NCBI GenBank assembly: GCA_003141835.1 | Contig: PLNR01000011.1 | Span: forward strand, 107,804-171,803 | Origin: Candidatus Omnitrophota bacterium | Lineage (GTDB): Bacteria > Omnitrophota > Gorgyraeia > Pluralincolimonadales > Pluralincolimonadaceae | DNA length: 64,000 bases | Direction of reading: 5' to 3' | Position numbers and translations under genes: made by a program | Part shown: positions 1-9,782 of the stretch, in pieces | Layout of the letters: the number at the start of each line of letters is the position of its first letter | Position numbering within the stretch: the first letter of the stretch is position 1 | The notes under the pieces: generated by a model | Told to the model about the DNA's origin: nothing | Seen by the model: the letters and a program-made list of their open reading frames with translations, nothing else | Database searches by the model: none

Positions 1-131
1 AGGTATAGGGGTATCTTGATGGTGCGCACCTTATAATCCACCCCCTGCCGGGTTGTAACCTCTGAACTAAGGATGGCTGCCGCCGTGATCAAGACGGCCA
101 AACCGAGCAGGAAATACCTGTATTTTTTCAT
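1..131 (-). CDS. 5' part of a membrane-anchored/exported hypothetical protein (runs off the left edge)
   Basis: Hand-translated: ATG at 131 overlaps the asnB TGA (ATGA); MKKYRYFLLGLAVLITAAAILSSEVTTRQGVDYKVRTIKIPLY..., basic N-terminus plus hydrophobic stretch; open to the window edge; not in the ORF track. Confidence 0.75.
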   Translation of the reverse strand, partial: MKKYRYFLLGLAVLITAAAILSSEVTTRQGVDYKVRTIKIPLY

Positions 132-2029
132 ATACCGTTATCCATGAATTTTTTGTGCCACAACTCAAGCATCAAGAGCGACCATAATTGGAAGGTATGG
201 TCTTTTTTTCCGGCAATATGGTCCTCGACGATCTTCTTCAGCGCATCGGGCCTGAAATACCCTCTTTTAAGGGAAACTTCCGAAAGCAGTGTCTCCCGTA
301 AGAAACCCTTGAGTTCTCCCCTGAACCACTGCCCTACAGGCACGCCGAATCCCATCTTCCTCCTGCGGATATTCTCTTCAGGGAGTAATCCCTTGACAGC
401 TTTTCTCAGTATATATTTTTTTGCAGATCCCCTGATCTTAAGATCAGACGGCAGTTTAGCGGCGAATTCCATAAGCTCGTGGTCGAGGAACGGCGACCTT
501 GCCTCAAGGGAATTGGCCATGCTGGCTATATCGACCTTTACCAGCAGGTCGTCGGGCAGATAGGTCGATGTATCGGCCGAAAGGAGGCTGTCCAGAAGGT
601 CCGGTTTGTTTGCGCCGGACAGGTACTGTTCTATCACGGGCAAAGGATCCGCCTGCCTGGCTGATTTTAAAAACTCTCCCGAATACAGGTCATCCGGCCG
701 GATCTCCCCTAAGATCCCGACCCACCTTAGATATCTTTCCGCTCTCGGCAGTCCCGCGCTCGCGAAAAACCTCTTTAAGCGCCTAAGCGTATCTTTTTGG
801 TTGACCGAATCCGGCAGGATACCGGCTAACCCGCCGGTGATCCTTCTTAAATATGCCGGCAATCTTTGCAGGTTTTCCGAGACCATCATCGCCTGGTACC
901 TTTCGTACCCGCCGAATGATTCGTCGCCGCCGTCGCCGTTCAAAGCTACAGTGACAAACCGTTTCGTCTCCCGTGAAACGTAATAAGTCGGTATACAGGA
1001 GGAGTCGGCATAAGGCTCCCCATACCTTTCCACCAACAAGGGAAGGATCTCAATGGCATTAGGTTTAACGATAAATTCGTGATGTTCAGTACCGAATCTA
1101 TCCGCGATCGCCCTGGCGTATTTCAGTTCACTGTAATCAGATTCCTCAAAACCTATCGAGAAAGTCTTGACCTTGGAACCGGATACCCTGCTCATCAGGC
1201 CCACGATCGCGCTTGAATCGATACCGCCGCTTAAAAAGGCGCCCAAAGGCACGTCGCTGTACAGCCTGATCTTTACCGCTTCTTCAAGCCGCTTTAGGAC
1301 TTCGCCGGAAGCCTCTTCTTCCGAGATCCTGGTCTTGGGTGAATAGTCCAGTTGCCAGTATCGCTTCAGGCGGATATCCCCGTCTTTCAAAACCAGGATA
1401 TGCGCGGGAGGAAGCTTGAAGACGCCTTTATAGATCGAAAGCGGGGCAGGCACATACCCAAAAGTCAGGTAATAATTTAGCGCCTTAAGGTCGATCTCCT
1501 TATCGATCAGGCCGCTTGCCAGTATCGATGTAAATTCGGATGAAAAACAAAAAGTTCCGCTCGAGTGATGGTAAAGGAGGGGCTTCTTCCCGACCCTGTC
1601 CCTTCCCAATAAAAGAGTCTTCTTTTTTTCATCCCATACGGCAAAAGCGAACATGCCGCGCAGCCGGTTGACGCAATCTTCCCCGTAAGTTTCGTAAAGA
1701 TGGACCATGACCTCGGTGTCGGAATCGGACCTGAAGATATGCCCCAACCTTTTTAATTCATCCCTTAGCTGCCTGTAATTATATATCTCTCCGTTAAAGA
1801 TCAGCCGGATCGACCCGTCTTCGTTTGTCATAGGCTGATGGCCGGCTTGGGACAAGTCGATGATGCTCAGCCTCCTGTGGCCCAATCCTACCGAAGGCGA
1901 ATCTTTGTTCAGGTAAATGCCCTCGTCATCAGGGCCCCTGTGCCTCAGGCTCCCGCACATATTACTTATTGTCTTCTCTTCGACCCTGTTATTGCTTCTA
2001 TGGTCGACTATTCCGCAGATGCCGCACAT
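128..2029 (-). CDS. asnB: Asparagine synthase (glutamine-hydrolysing)-family amidotransferase, glycan-locus type
   Basis: MCGI N-terminal nucleophile Cys, HRGPD, HRRLSIID, FNGEIYN, LSGGIDSS PP-loop, EARSPFLD. Confidence 0.95.
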   Translation of the reverse strand: MCGICGIVDHRSNNRVEEKTISNMCGSLRHRGPDDEGIYLNKDSPSVGLGHRRLSIIDLSQAGHQPMTNEDGSIRLIFNGEIYNYRQLRDELKRLGHIFRSDSDTEVMVHLYETYGEDCVNRLRGMFAFAVWDEKKKTLLLGRDRVGKKPLLYHHSSGTFCFSSEFTSILASGLIDKEIDLKALNYYLTFGYVPAPLSIYKGVFKLPPAHILVLKDGDIRLKRYWQLDYSPKTRISEEEASGEVLKRLEEAVKIRLYSDVPLGAFLSGGIDSSAIVGLMSRVSGSKVKTFSIGFEESDYSELKYARAIADRFGTEHHEFIVKPNAIEILPLLVERYGEPYADSSCIPTYYVSRETKRFVTVALNGDGGDESFGGYERYQAMMVSENLQRLPAYLRRITGGLAGILPDSVNQKDTLRRLKRFFASAGLPRAERYLRWVGILGEIRPDDLYSGEFLKSARQADPLPVIEQYLSGANKPDLLDSLLSADTSTYLPDDLLVKVDIASMANSLEARSPFLDHELMEFAAKLPSDLKIRGSAKKYILRKAVKGLLPEENIRRRKMGFGVPVGQWFRGELKGFLRETLLSEVSLKRGYFRPDALKKIVEDHIAGKKDHTFQLWSLLMLELWHKKFMDNGI

Positions 2030-3120
2030 TATCTTCGTTCCTGTTTGTTTTGGGAATAGGCTTCTTTTATGACGTTCAGGAACTTCGGCGCGTTCACTTT
2101 AACAGAATACTTCTCTTCTGCCGTTTTTCTCGCCGCAAGCCCCATCTTCCTCCTTAGCGCCGCGTCTTTTATCAATATGCCCAGTTTTTCGACCCACTGG
2201 TTTTCATCGATAGCCAGAAAACCGTTCACCCCGTCTGCCACTATTTCCTTGTTCATGCCAACCGGCGAGCATACGGCAGGTATGCCCATACTCATGTACA
2301 GGATCGCCTTGAATCCGCATTTACCGCGCGTCCATTCATTGTCGGGCATCGGCATTATCCCTATATCGAATGATCTCAGGTCCGCGATCTCCTGGTCCAG
2401 CGCCCAAGGCTTGCTGGTAATATTGGACTGGCCGCCGGCCTGAAAATTGCCCCCGACTATCCTGAATTCTATATTATCGAACTTTTTCGACAATGCGGCG
2501 AATACGCGTTCCATTTCGTTAAGGAAATCCGAAGTAGTAACGCTCCCTATCCATCCGATGATTATTTTATTATTGGTCGTTTTCATCTCCGGATAATATT
2601 TATCCGAATCGATAGGCGTAGGTATGACCGATACATTTTTGTTGTAACGCAGCGCGTAATCTGCCAGATAGCTGTTCCCGGCTATGACCCGACTGCTCAT
2701 CTTTATGATCCCGCATACCTTCTCGGGTTTTTTAAACCTTTCGATAAAAATGTTCTGGCGGCTGCTGTACGGCAGGAAGATCGCGTCGTCAAAATCGAAG
2801 ATCACGGGTTTTTTCAGCAATCCGAGCAGCGTCTCAAAAAAAGAGCTGCCCAGGGGGTAGGCTTCCCTGTGGATAAAGACCACATCGTATTTAGGTATAC
2901 GCGCCAGATCTAAAAACCGGGATACGACCCCCATGATAAAGAAATATATTTTATTAAGGTACCTTCCTTTTTTATACAAGATCGAAAAAGCGGAGCTGCT
3001 CCAAAAAGCGTGAAGGTCGTATTTTATCCCTTCCCTCCCAAGATAAGGCAGGTATTGTTCGACCCTGAACCTGTTGCTCGCTCCCTCGGTAGGATACGGC
3101 ACCCAGAATAATATTCTCAT
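2029..3120 (-). CDS. Glycosyltransferase family 4
   Basis: DFDDAIF, IGWIGS, DIGIMP...GKCGFKAILYMSMGIPAVCSPVG GT-B C-terminal motif. Confidence 0.9.
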   Translation of the reverse strand: MRILFWVPYPTEGASNRFRVEQYLPYLGREGIKYDLHAFWSSSAFSILYKKGRYLNKIYFFIMGVVSRFLDLARIPKYDVVFIHREAYPLGSSFFETLLGLLKKPVIFDFDDAIFLPYSSRQNIFIERFKKPEKVCGIIKMSSRVIAGNSYLADYALRYNKNVSVIPTPIDSDKYYPEMKTTNNKIIIGWIGSVTTSDFLNEMERVFAALSKKFDNIEFRIVGGNFQAGGQSNITSKPWALDQEIADLRSFDIGIMPMPDNEWTRGKCGFKAILYMSMGIPAVCSPVGMNKEIVADGVNGFLAIDENQWVEKLGILIKDAALRRKMGLAARKTAEEKYSVKVNAPKFLNVIKEAYSQNKQERR

Positions 3121-3124
3121 GCGA

Positions 3125-4315
3125 TCATAGCCTTTGATACAGTTCCATATATTTATCCACGCCGGAAGCCAAAGAAAAATAATTTTCCGCCGCGGCGCGG
3201 CATTTCTTCTTTACGGTATCCCCCCCGTCAACCAGCGCCAGGGCTTCCCGCGATGCTCTCTCATAATTGCCGGGTGAGTTATCCAGCACCACCCCTATCC
3301 CCTCTTTTTCTATTATCTCTCCCGTATCCCCTATGCCGGAATTGATCACGACCGGCAAGCCGCATGAGAGGCTTTCGGCGAATTTGATCGGAGAGCAGCC
3401 GGCGCCGGAGAGCTCCCTCTTATAAAACATGACAGACATATCAGAGCCGCATAAAGCACCGGGTACGTCCGCGAAATCCAGATTTTCCACCGCATAATCT
3501 TCGGGATCAATACCCCCATTTTTGACGGCGCCTTTAACTTCTTCGGCGTCGGAATTCGTGGCTACCCGGAAAAAAGCGTCTTTCCTGATCTTCTTGAAAT
3601 ATTTGAAAAAGGCGATCGACCCCTCAAGGTCGTAGAAAGTGCCTGAGCTCCCTAAATAGATAAGTACGGTCCTGTTTTTTGCGTTTTCGGGCAAAATACT
3701 TTTCCCCGGTTTACAGCCGAATAGGTCAAGGTCGACACAGCAGGGAATTACCGTGACCCGCGCCCCGGGATGGTTTGTTTTGAGCCGCTTCATTGCCGCT
3801 TCGCTTAAAACTACGACCTCGTCACTCCTGTTCACGAGGAACCTTTCTATCCCGTTGAACAAATGATATAAGGCACTCTTCCTGCCCCATGCGCCGCCGT
3901 CCACTTTCTCGTCCGGCCAAAAACCCCTCATGTCGAATATAAGCTTCCTGCCGGAAAAACCTTTCAGCATCACGCCGATCAAAGCAGGTATATAACCCCT
4001 CGCATGGATGATCTTGACATTATTTTTAAGCATACAACGGATCCCCGTAAAATAACCCGAAAAAATATCCATAATAGTGGCGGGAATAGCCGGCCGTTTA
4101 TGGTATCTGAGCAAAAACCAGCCTATTCCGGATCCCTTAAGCTCATCTTTACGGGCATCGAGAGCCGCGTGCCTTTCCAGCTTATCATTTTTTTCGAAGC
4201 TGATGACTGAAATATTGAATTCCCGCGATGCCAACTTCTTGAGATAAGGCAGGACCTGGGACCGCGCGACCGGGTCCAGCAGACCGTCGTAAGTTATATA
4301 CAGGATGCCTTTCAT
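3125..4315 (-). CDS. Glycosyltransferase family 4
   Basis: Likely start ATG 4315 (ATGA overlap with the upstream stop); FDMRGFW, SPIKFAESLSCGLPVV motif. Confidence 0.9.
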   Translation of the reverse strand: MKGILYITYDGLLDPVARSQVLPYLKKLASREFNISVISFEKNDKLERHAALDARKDELKGSGIGWFLLRYHKRPAIPATIMDIFSGYFTGIRCMLKNNVKIIHARGYIPALIGVMLKGFSGRKLIFDMRGFWPDEKVDGGAWGRKSALYHLFNGIERFLVNRSDEVVVLSEAAMKRLKTNHPGARVTVIPCCVDLDLFGCKPGKSILPENAKNRTVLIYLGSSGTFYDLEGSIAFFKYFKKIRKDAFFRVATNSDAEEVKGAVKNGGIDPEDYAVENLDFADVPGALCGSDMSVMFYKRELSGAGCSPIKFAESLSCGLPVVINSGIGDTGEIIEKEGIGVVLDNSPGNYERASREALALVDGGDTVKKKCRAAAENYFSLASGVDKYMELYQRL

Positions 4316-5730
4316 GGTTTTCGCCTGACAGCGTCCCATTTCGAGAAACCATAAGCCGCAAATACAAAGGCTACAGGCATAAACATGTCTTTATGCCGGA
4401 AAGCCGTGCCGATGTTACTTTCGTAAACGGCCATGGGAATAATGATCATCGATAACAAGACCGTAAACATCAACGCCGTGTAAGGCTCTTTCTTTAAGTA
4501 AATTAGCCAGCCTTTTATGACGAACGGGACCATAAGATACCAATAAATGACTTGCGGATAAAAAGGAAGAAAATTAAGCGACCAGTTTCCTAACGGGAAC
4601 GGCGCGAAGAAGAAATAAACTAGCCCCTTGAAGATCGTAACCAAATAGCTGAAAGAAAAAACATCGTTTGCAGTCAACGCCCTCTGTTGATATGCCCAAA
4701 CGGAGTATATCCTGTAATTGGCCGCTGAGATCTCTCCGAGCACGGTGCTCGGGATATTGCCGCTGGCTAAATAGTTTGCCGCGTCGACGATTTTCGAGAC
4801 CACCATCGATTTATATAATAAACAAAAACATGCGATGTAAATAACCACAAATAACAGCGAGATCTTAAAAGTGGACCGCCTCCTCGACTTAAGCATCGCA
4901 AATAAAGATGAGGCCAGCGCCAGGCCAGCGCCGGCCAATAACACCACCAACATCCTCGTACGGAACAAATTGTTGAGATAGGCGAATAAGACAGCCCATA
5001 ATATGAATACCATTTTCTTTTTGGTTATAGCCTTGACAATGAAGAATAAATAAACCAAAACAAGCAGGTTAGAAAGCGTATCGCGCAAGGCTGTGACGGA
5101 CCAATAAAAAATTGACGGGAAAAGCGCGAAGATAGCGGCGGCGATCCTGGCGGGCCTCTCTTCTTCAAGCAGTTGGCGCGCTATCAGGTAAACCATTACG
5201 ATGCTTATGCACCCGAACAGGCTGTTGAGCATTTTAGCCGCGATAGGCGCGTACCCAAGCCAGGCATACAGGATCCCCAGTAAGAATGTGTAAACACCGA
5301 ATTGGTATCCGGAGACGGGAGGAAATTTGTCATTATAATAAGTCCGCTCTATATTCATCCTCTTGGCCAAATACGGGTCTTTAGCCATCACCAAATTCTC
5401 TTCTGTGGGATCATTTTTTAATAAATGCGCAATATAAAAAGCATTCCCGCTGTAGACTGTCGCGTCCGGCTGGGTATCGCCTCCCCAGAACGGGCGCTCT
5501 GACCCCACATTATAATTGACCACGCAGAACAGCGCCCTCAGCGCGAAGCTTATGATGAATAACTTTATCAAAAAGCCCGAAGACTCTGTTTTGACAAAAA
5601 CCTTTATAATGAACACAGAGCACAGGAAGAGGAGAAAGATGAACAATCCGGCGGGATAAAAAGTCATAAAGAGCCCCGCGGCGATGCCGGTTAAAACCAG
5701 GATTAATGTCTCTTTTTTGGTAAGCATCAT
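4312..5730 (-). CDS. Polytopic membrane protein, GT-C-like; candidate Wzy polymerase
   Basis: About 11-12 hydrophobic segments, FPSIFYWSVTALRD and NIGTAFRHKD motifs; located in a Wzx-containing glycan operon. Confidence 0.6.
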   Translation of the reverse strand: MMLTKKETLILVLTGIAAGLFMTFYPAGLFIFLLFLCSVFIIKVFVKTESSGFLIKLFIISFALRALFCVVNYNVGSERPFWGGDTQPDATVYSGNAFYIAHLLKNDPTEENLVMAKDPYLAKRMNIERTYYNDKFPPVSGYQFGVYTFLLGILYAWLGYAPIAAKMLNSLFGCISIVMVYLIARQLLEEERPARIAAAIFALFPSIFYWSVTALRDTLSNLLVLVYLFFIVKAITKKKMVFILWAVLFAYLNNLFRTRMLVVLLAGAGLALASSLFAMLKSRRRSTFKISLLFVVIYIACFCLLYKSMVVSKIVDAANYLASGNIPSTVLGEISAANYRIYSVWAYQQRALTANDVFSFSYLVTIFKGLVYFFFAPFPLGNWSLNFLPFYPQVIYWYLMVPFVIKGWLIYLKKEPYTALMFTVLLSMIIIPMAVYESNIGTAFRHKDMFMPVAFVFAAYGFSKWDAVRRKP

Positions 5731-5732
5731 AT

Positions 5733-6725
5733 TTACATCTTCCTCGCTACGATAAATATACCCCCGATGAGCAGGTTTTCATCGGAAAGCCGCTTGAATT
5801 CCGCAAGCAGCCGGGGCCTTATCTCCTCGATGGTCCTGAGATCCCCGCCGTCATAATCTATCCCTCTTGCTATCAGTTTTTTGTGAGGGACTATCTCGCC
5901 CTCGCGCGTCATCAAATTCGTTATCCGGGCATTGTAATCGTATCCGAGCCCCTTAAACTTCTCTTCGAAGTAATCCGCCCTCTTCCTGTTAGGTTTACCG
6001 CAATGTTTTGTCATCAGCGCCCAGGTATAAGCCGGTATCGTCAGGAAAAAGAACGGATTGTACCCGTCGCGCGTGAACATCCCGTGGTCCCGAAGGTCGA
6101 CTTTATGTATGTGATAACCGCCCTTTTTTAAATATTTATCCATGGCGTCGATCGCGGAATCTATGTCATAGACATGTTCGAGCGCCGCGCGGGAGATGAT
6201 CACATCAAAACTTTCGCCTTTAACCGCCTTATCCGCATCTTTTATATCCACGCCGTAAATATATTTTATCCTGTCACCGCAAAACCTGGCCTTGCCGTCT
6301 TTTAATATAACGGCTGAATCGAAGCGCTCCCTTTCCCCGGGGCCAAGCCGGTCCCTTAAGGCTGTGTATATCCCGTGTTGCTGGCGTTCATTTCTTGACG
6401 GATATATCCTGTCGATACAGGCGACTTTAGCGGCTCCGGAGGCTATGAGCCTCAGAGCCACGCCCAGGTTGTCTCCCGGGCCTATCTCCAGGACGCTCTT
6501 ACCTGATAAGTCGGCTTTTCCCAAGCCCGAATATTTCATATAATCATCATATACGGTATCTATGTAAGAGACGCTTTTCTCCAGCGAGAACCCGGTGTGG
6601 GTCGAGCCTATATGGAAGACATACCGGCCCGCCTTCAATTTTGCGGCGCTTACCCGGTCCTCAAGTATGTGTTTTGCTATCTTTAGCGCCTTGATCTTCC
6701 TTATGCTTTTCATTAATCCTGTCAT
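5733..6725 (-). CDS. Class I SAM-dependent methyltransferase
   Basis: VLEIGPG motif I, FDVIISRAALEHV, VDLRDH. Confidence 0.85.
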   Translation of the reverse strand: MTGLMKSIRKIKALKIAKHILEDRVSAAKLKAGRYVFHIGSTHTGFSLEKSVSYIDTVYDDYMKYSGLGKADLSGKSVLEIGPGDNLGVALRLIASGAAKVACIDRIYPSRNERQQHGIYTALRDRLGPGERERFDSAVILKDGKARFCGDRIKYIYGVDIKDADKAVKGESFDVIISRAALEHVYDIDSAIDAMDKYLKKGGYHIHKVDLRDHGMFTRDGYNPFFFLTIPAYTWALMTKHCGKPNRKRADYFEEKFKGLGYDYNARITNLMTREGEIVPHKKLIARGIDYDGGDLRTIEEIRPRLLAEFKRLSDENLLIGGIFIVARKM

Positions 6726-6743
6726 TATCTTATTTTCCCGCGC

Positions 6744-8303
6744 TTATTTTTCAAATTTTACTATATCTATGTTCCTGAACCGGTGTTTTTCCACCGCCGT
6801 ATAGCCCTCTTTCTTCAGGAAATCGTCCACCTGCGCATACAGGCCGAATAACTCGAAATGCCCCTGGACCCTGTATAACCAAACGCTTCGGCAAGGATTG
6901 ATCTTTTTCCTGATATCGGCCCAGGCCTGGTCCGGCAGCGGCATGTAAGCGGATCTTTGCGTGTTCAGGCTTATGAACCGCCCTTCTATAATGACGGCAT
7001 TTTTGGACACTGATACGTCCGGCGGAGAATTCACGCAAATAAGACGGTCATTTTTCGCCAGGTTTCCATTCAAAAATGCTATCGATTTCCGGTAGTCAAA
7101 TTCGGGCGAGACCGCCGCAGGTATCCTGGAGGCGAAAACCAATAATATTAAAGACAAGGATATGATCGAAACCCACCTGTTCCTTGACCACAGGCTACCT
7201 ATAAAAGCCGCGACCAGCATTAAGAACATTGAATGCGAAACCGCAAAATATTTTGCTGTCGGCAGCGTATTTAGAAATCCGGCAAATAACCAGGAAAAGA
7301 ACAAAGGCAGGAAAGCCAGGAAGAAAGGAAGCCACAACAAGCGGTTTTCCCCGGCATTTTTAAACTTATTTTTCAGGAAACTGAAACTGTTATAAACAAA
7401 GAAAATAAGCGCTCCACATGAGGCAACCACTATCGAGGCTAGGGCCGCCTTCGAGAAATGTGCCTGTACCCCGCCCGGAAGGACCATGAATGAAGGATCT
7501 AACCCTGCCAATGATGCTAAATTCCTGACATATAAGCCAAGGCGAAGCGGTCCCACGTTAAAGCCCTTGTCTGACCAATCGTAATAGATGCTCGACGCGT
7601 TACGGAATTGCCCTAAAGCTGACGGCACCCATGGCGCGAAGACCAGGCCGGCTGCGGCCAATGACAGGATCCACTTAAAGATAAGCTTTTTATCTCTCCC
7701 CATGAACAGGACGACATATACGAACTGGGAGAAGATGAACAACGCGGAAAAGTAGAAAGTATAAAGGGCTAACGCGGAAGCCGCCGTATAGGCGGACCAG
7801 TCAAAAAGCGTATCCTTCCCCTTGATTATCCTTATCATGAAATACGTTGATAATAATAACCAAAACGCGGAATCGGAATAACTCCGCAGGATCTGGGAGA
7901 CGGATATCAAAAGCGGCGAAAATACGGCAAGTAAAAGCACGAGCAAGGCGAATTTCCCGCCTAAGTATTCTTTGGCTATCAGATAGGCCAAAAGACAACT
8001 GCCTGCCCCGAACAGAACGAAATACATCCTCAGCCAGGCGGTCGAATCATTGATAAACGACCACAGGTGCACCAGGGTATAGGTCAAGGGAGGGTATATC
8101 TCCCTGCTTTTCAGCTCGCCTATCATCTTATCGAGACCCATGTGCGCCATCTCCACAAGCGAGCTTTCGTCCCCGGAATACTCCTTGCCCAGGTTGACCA
8201 TCCTTACGGACAGGCCGATGGCAAGCAAAATGCAGACGATAAGCAACGAATGATAGAACCTGTTATTTAAGGAGGAGCTATTTATCTTTTTGGGCATTTT
8301 CAT
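6744..8303 (-). CDS. ArnT/PMT (GT83/GT39-like) lipid-linked-sugar glycosyltransferase
   Basis: Early YSGDE acidic motif after TM1, YPPLTY, SQILRSYS, multiple TM helices, soluble C-terminal domain. Confidence 0.8.
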   Translation of the reverse strand: MKMPKKINSSSLNNRFYHSLLIVCILLAIGLSVRMVNLGKEYSGDESSLVEMAHMGLDKMIGELKSREIYPPLTYTLVHLWSFINDSTAWLRMYFVLFGAGSCLLAYLIAKEYLGGKFALLVLLLAVFSPLLISVSQILRSYSDSAFWLLLSTYFMIRIIKGKDTLFDWSAYTAASALALYTFYFSALFIFSQFVYVVLFMGRDKKLIFKWILSLAAAGLVFAPWVPSALGQFRNASSIYYDWSDKGFNVGPLRLGLYVRNLASLAGLDPSFMVLPGGVQAHFSKAALASIVVASCGALIFFVYNSFSFLKNKFKNAGENRLLWLPFFLAFLPLFFSWLFAGFLNTLPTAKYFAVSHSMFLMLVAAFIGSLWSRNRWVSIISLSLILLVFASRIPAAVSPEFDYRKSIAFLNGNLAKNDRLICVNSPPDVSVSKNAVIIEGRFISLNTQRSAYMPLPDQAWADIRKKINPCRSVWLYRVQGHFELFGLYAQVDDFLKKEGYTAVEKHRFRNIDIVKFEK

Positions 8304-9066
8304 ATCGCTTTATTATGTCTCTTAAATGGGCCTTGCTGCTCGCGACCTCTTTCCCTATGAGTCCGAAATAACTTAAGAGCGTCTTTGATTTGTTCATCTT
8401 GCTCTTGCCCTTCCTGAAATCGCAGCGGAGTATCATCGGCACTTCCTTGATGCGGATCGGCAAACGGTTCAGGTTTATCAGCAACTCCACCATGCAAATA
8501 AACCCCTTATACTCGATAAGGCGGTTATCGTAAGCGTAAAATGCCTTTTTTAACATACCCGCCCTGTAAGCCCTGTAAAATGAACTGTAAGTATTGACCC
8601 CCTTTATCGGGAAGAATAATTTTAAAAGCGTGTTTGCTGCCGAGCTTAAGACCACGCGGTCGAGCGTCGTCCCCACTACTTTCCCGCCGGGGGCATAACA
8701 AGAGGCCAGGACCAGGTCATTCCCGTCATTTACTTCTTTTAACATCGCCTCCAGGATATCCAGGTCGCTCGTGTTGTCGGCTTCCTTAGTCACGATGATG
8801 TCATTATCTCCCGCGGTTTCCAACGCCCGCGAGAAACCTGCCTTAAAACCCTCTCCGACCCCTTTGCCTTCGGGGAAATCTATTATCTCCAGCGGTATCT
8901 TGTCTTTAAAACCTTGCGCCAGCTTCAGCGTAGAATCGGTGCTCCCGTCGTTTATCAATATTATCCGGTAGCCGATACCGAGCTTCCCGGTCTTCGCCGC
9001 CAGGTTTGAAAACAATCGATCGATATTTTCTTCTTCGTTCCGCGCCGGAATAATGAATATGACCAT
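8278..9066 (-). CDS. GT2 polyprenyl-phosphate glycosyltransferase (DPM1/ArnC-like)
   Basis: IPARNEE, INDGSTD, EADNT (DxD variant), SSFYRAYR; probable start ATG 9066. Confidence 0.85.
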   Translation of the reverse strand: MVIFIIPARNEEENIDRLFSNLAAKTGKLGIGYRIILINDGSTDSTLKLAQGFKDKIPLEIIDFPEGKGVGEGFKAGFSRALETAGDNDIIVTKEADNTSDLDILEAMLKEVNDGNDLVLASCYAPGGKVVGTTLDRVVLSSAANTLLKLFFPIKGVNTYSSFYRAYRAGMLKKAFYAYDNRLIEYKGFICMVELLINLNRLPIRIKEVPMILRCDFRKGKSKMNKSKTLLSYFGLIGKEVASSKAHLRDIIKRYENAQKDK

Positions 9067-9080
9067 GTTGTTTATCTTTT

Positions 9081-9782
9081 TTATCTCCCTTGTTTGACCG
9101 CGTAGATCAGGTAACGCCAGCAAAAATGCTTTTGCAAACGCAGTTTGCGAATGACATTGTTAAGTAATTTATCCGTGGCTATTACGGCCTTCTTTACCGG
9201 TTTTATATTCGGCACTAGTTCGCTTCCGACAAATCCGCCGCTCAAGGGAAAGGCGATCACGTCCCTTAACCTGCATTCCCTGACATTGAACCCGTTGGCC
9301 TCCAGGACGTCGACTACTTTGTCCAGGGGCGCTTCCGGATCCACGTGTTTTATCAGTTTCCTCGAAAACCTGAGGATCCAATTCGGGTTCGGGTCAAAGA
9401 TTATCAATTCTTTGCGGCAAACCCTTCTTATTTCCTTTAGGGCCAGTTCAAAGGAGGCATCGGCCGCGATATGGTGGATCGCCTCCCTCAGGATGACCGT
9501 GTCAAAGGAGTCATCGGGGAATTCCAGTTTACATACCGACATATTCCTTACATCGATACCATACAGTTTCTTTGCCATCCTTATCGATTCCGGGTCGATA
9601 TCGATTCCTGTTATCTCTATATCACCCTTCTCCCTCCTGATCTGGTCTATGAGGCTCCCGTAACCGCAGCCTATATCCAATACCCTGCGGCCGGTTATCA
9701 GCTTTATGATGTCCGAGTTCTGGAGCCTTGCGACGTCGCCGTAGAACCTCTTTAGCCGTCTCTCTGGCTGCGGAACATTCAA
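9081..9782 (-). CDS. Class I SAM-dependent methyltransferase
   Basis: VLDIGCGYG, GIDID, FPDDSFDTV...AIHH. Confidence 0.9.
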   Translation of the reverse strand: MNVPQPERRLKRFYGDVARLQNSDIIKLITGRRVLDIGCGYGSLIDQIRREKGDIEITGIDIDPESIRMAKKLYGIDVRNMSVCKLEFPDDSFDTVILREAIHHIAADASFELALKEIRRVCRKELIIFDPNPNWILRFSRKLIKHVDPEAPLDKVVDVLEANGFNVRECRLRDVIAFPLSGGFVGSELVPNIKPVKKAVIATDKLLNNVIRKLRLQKHFCWRYLIYAVKQGR

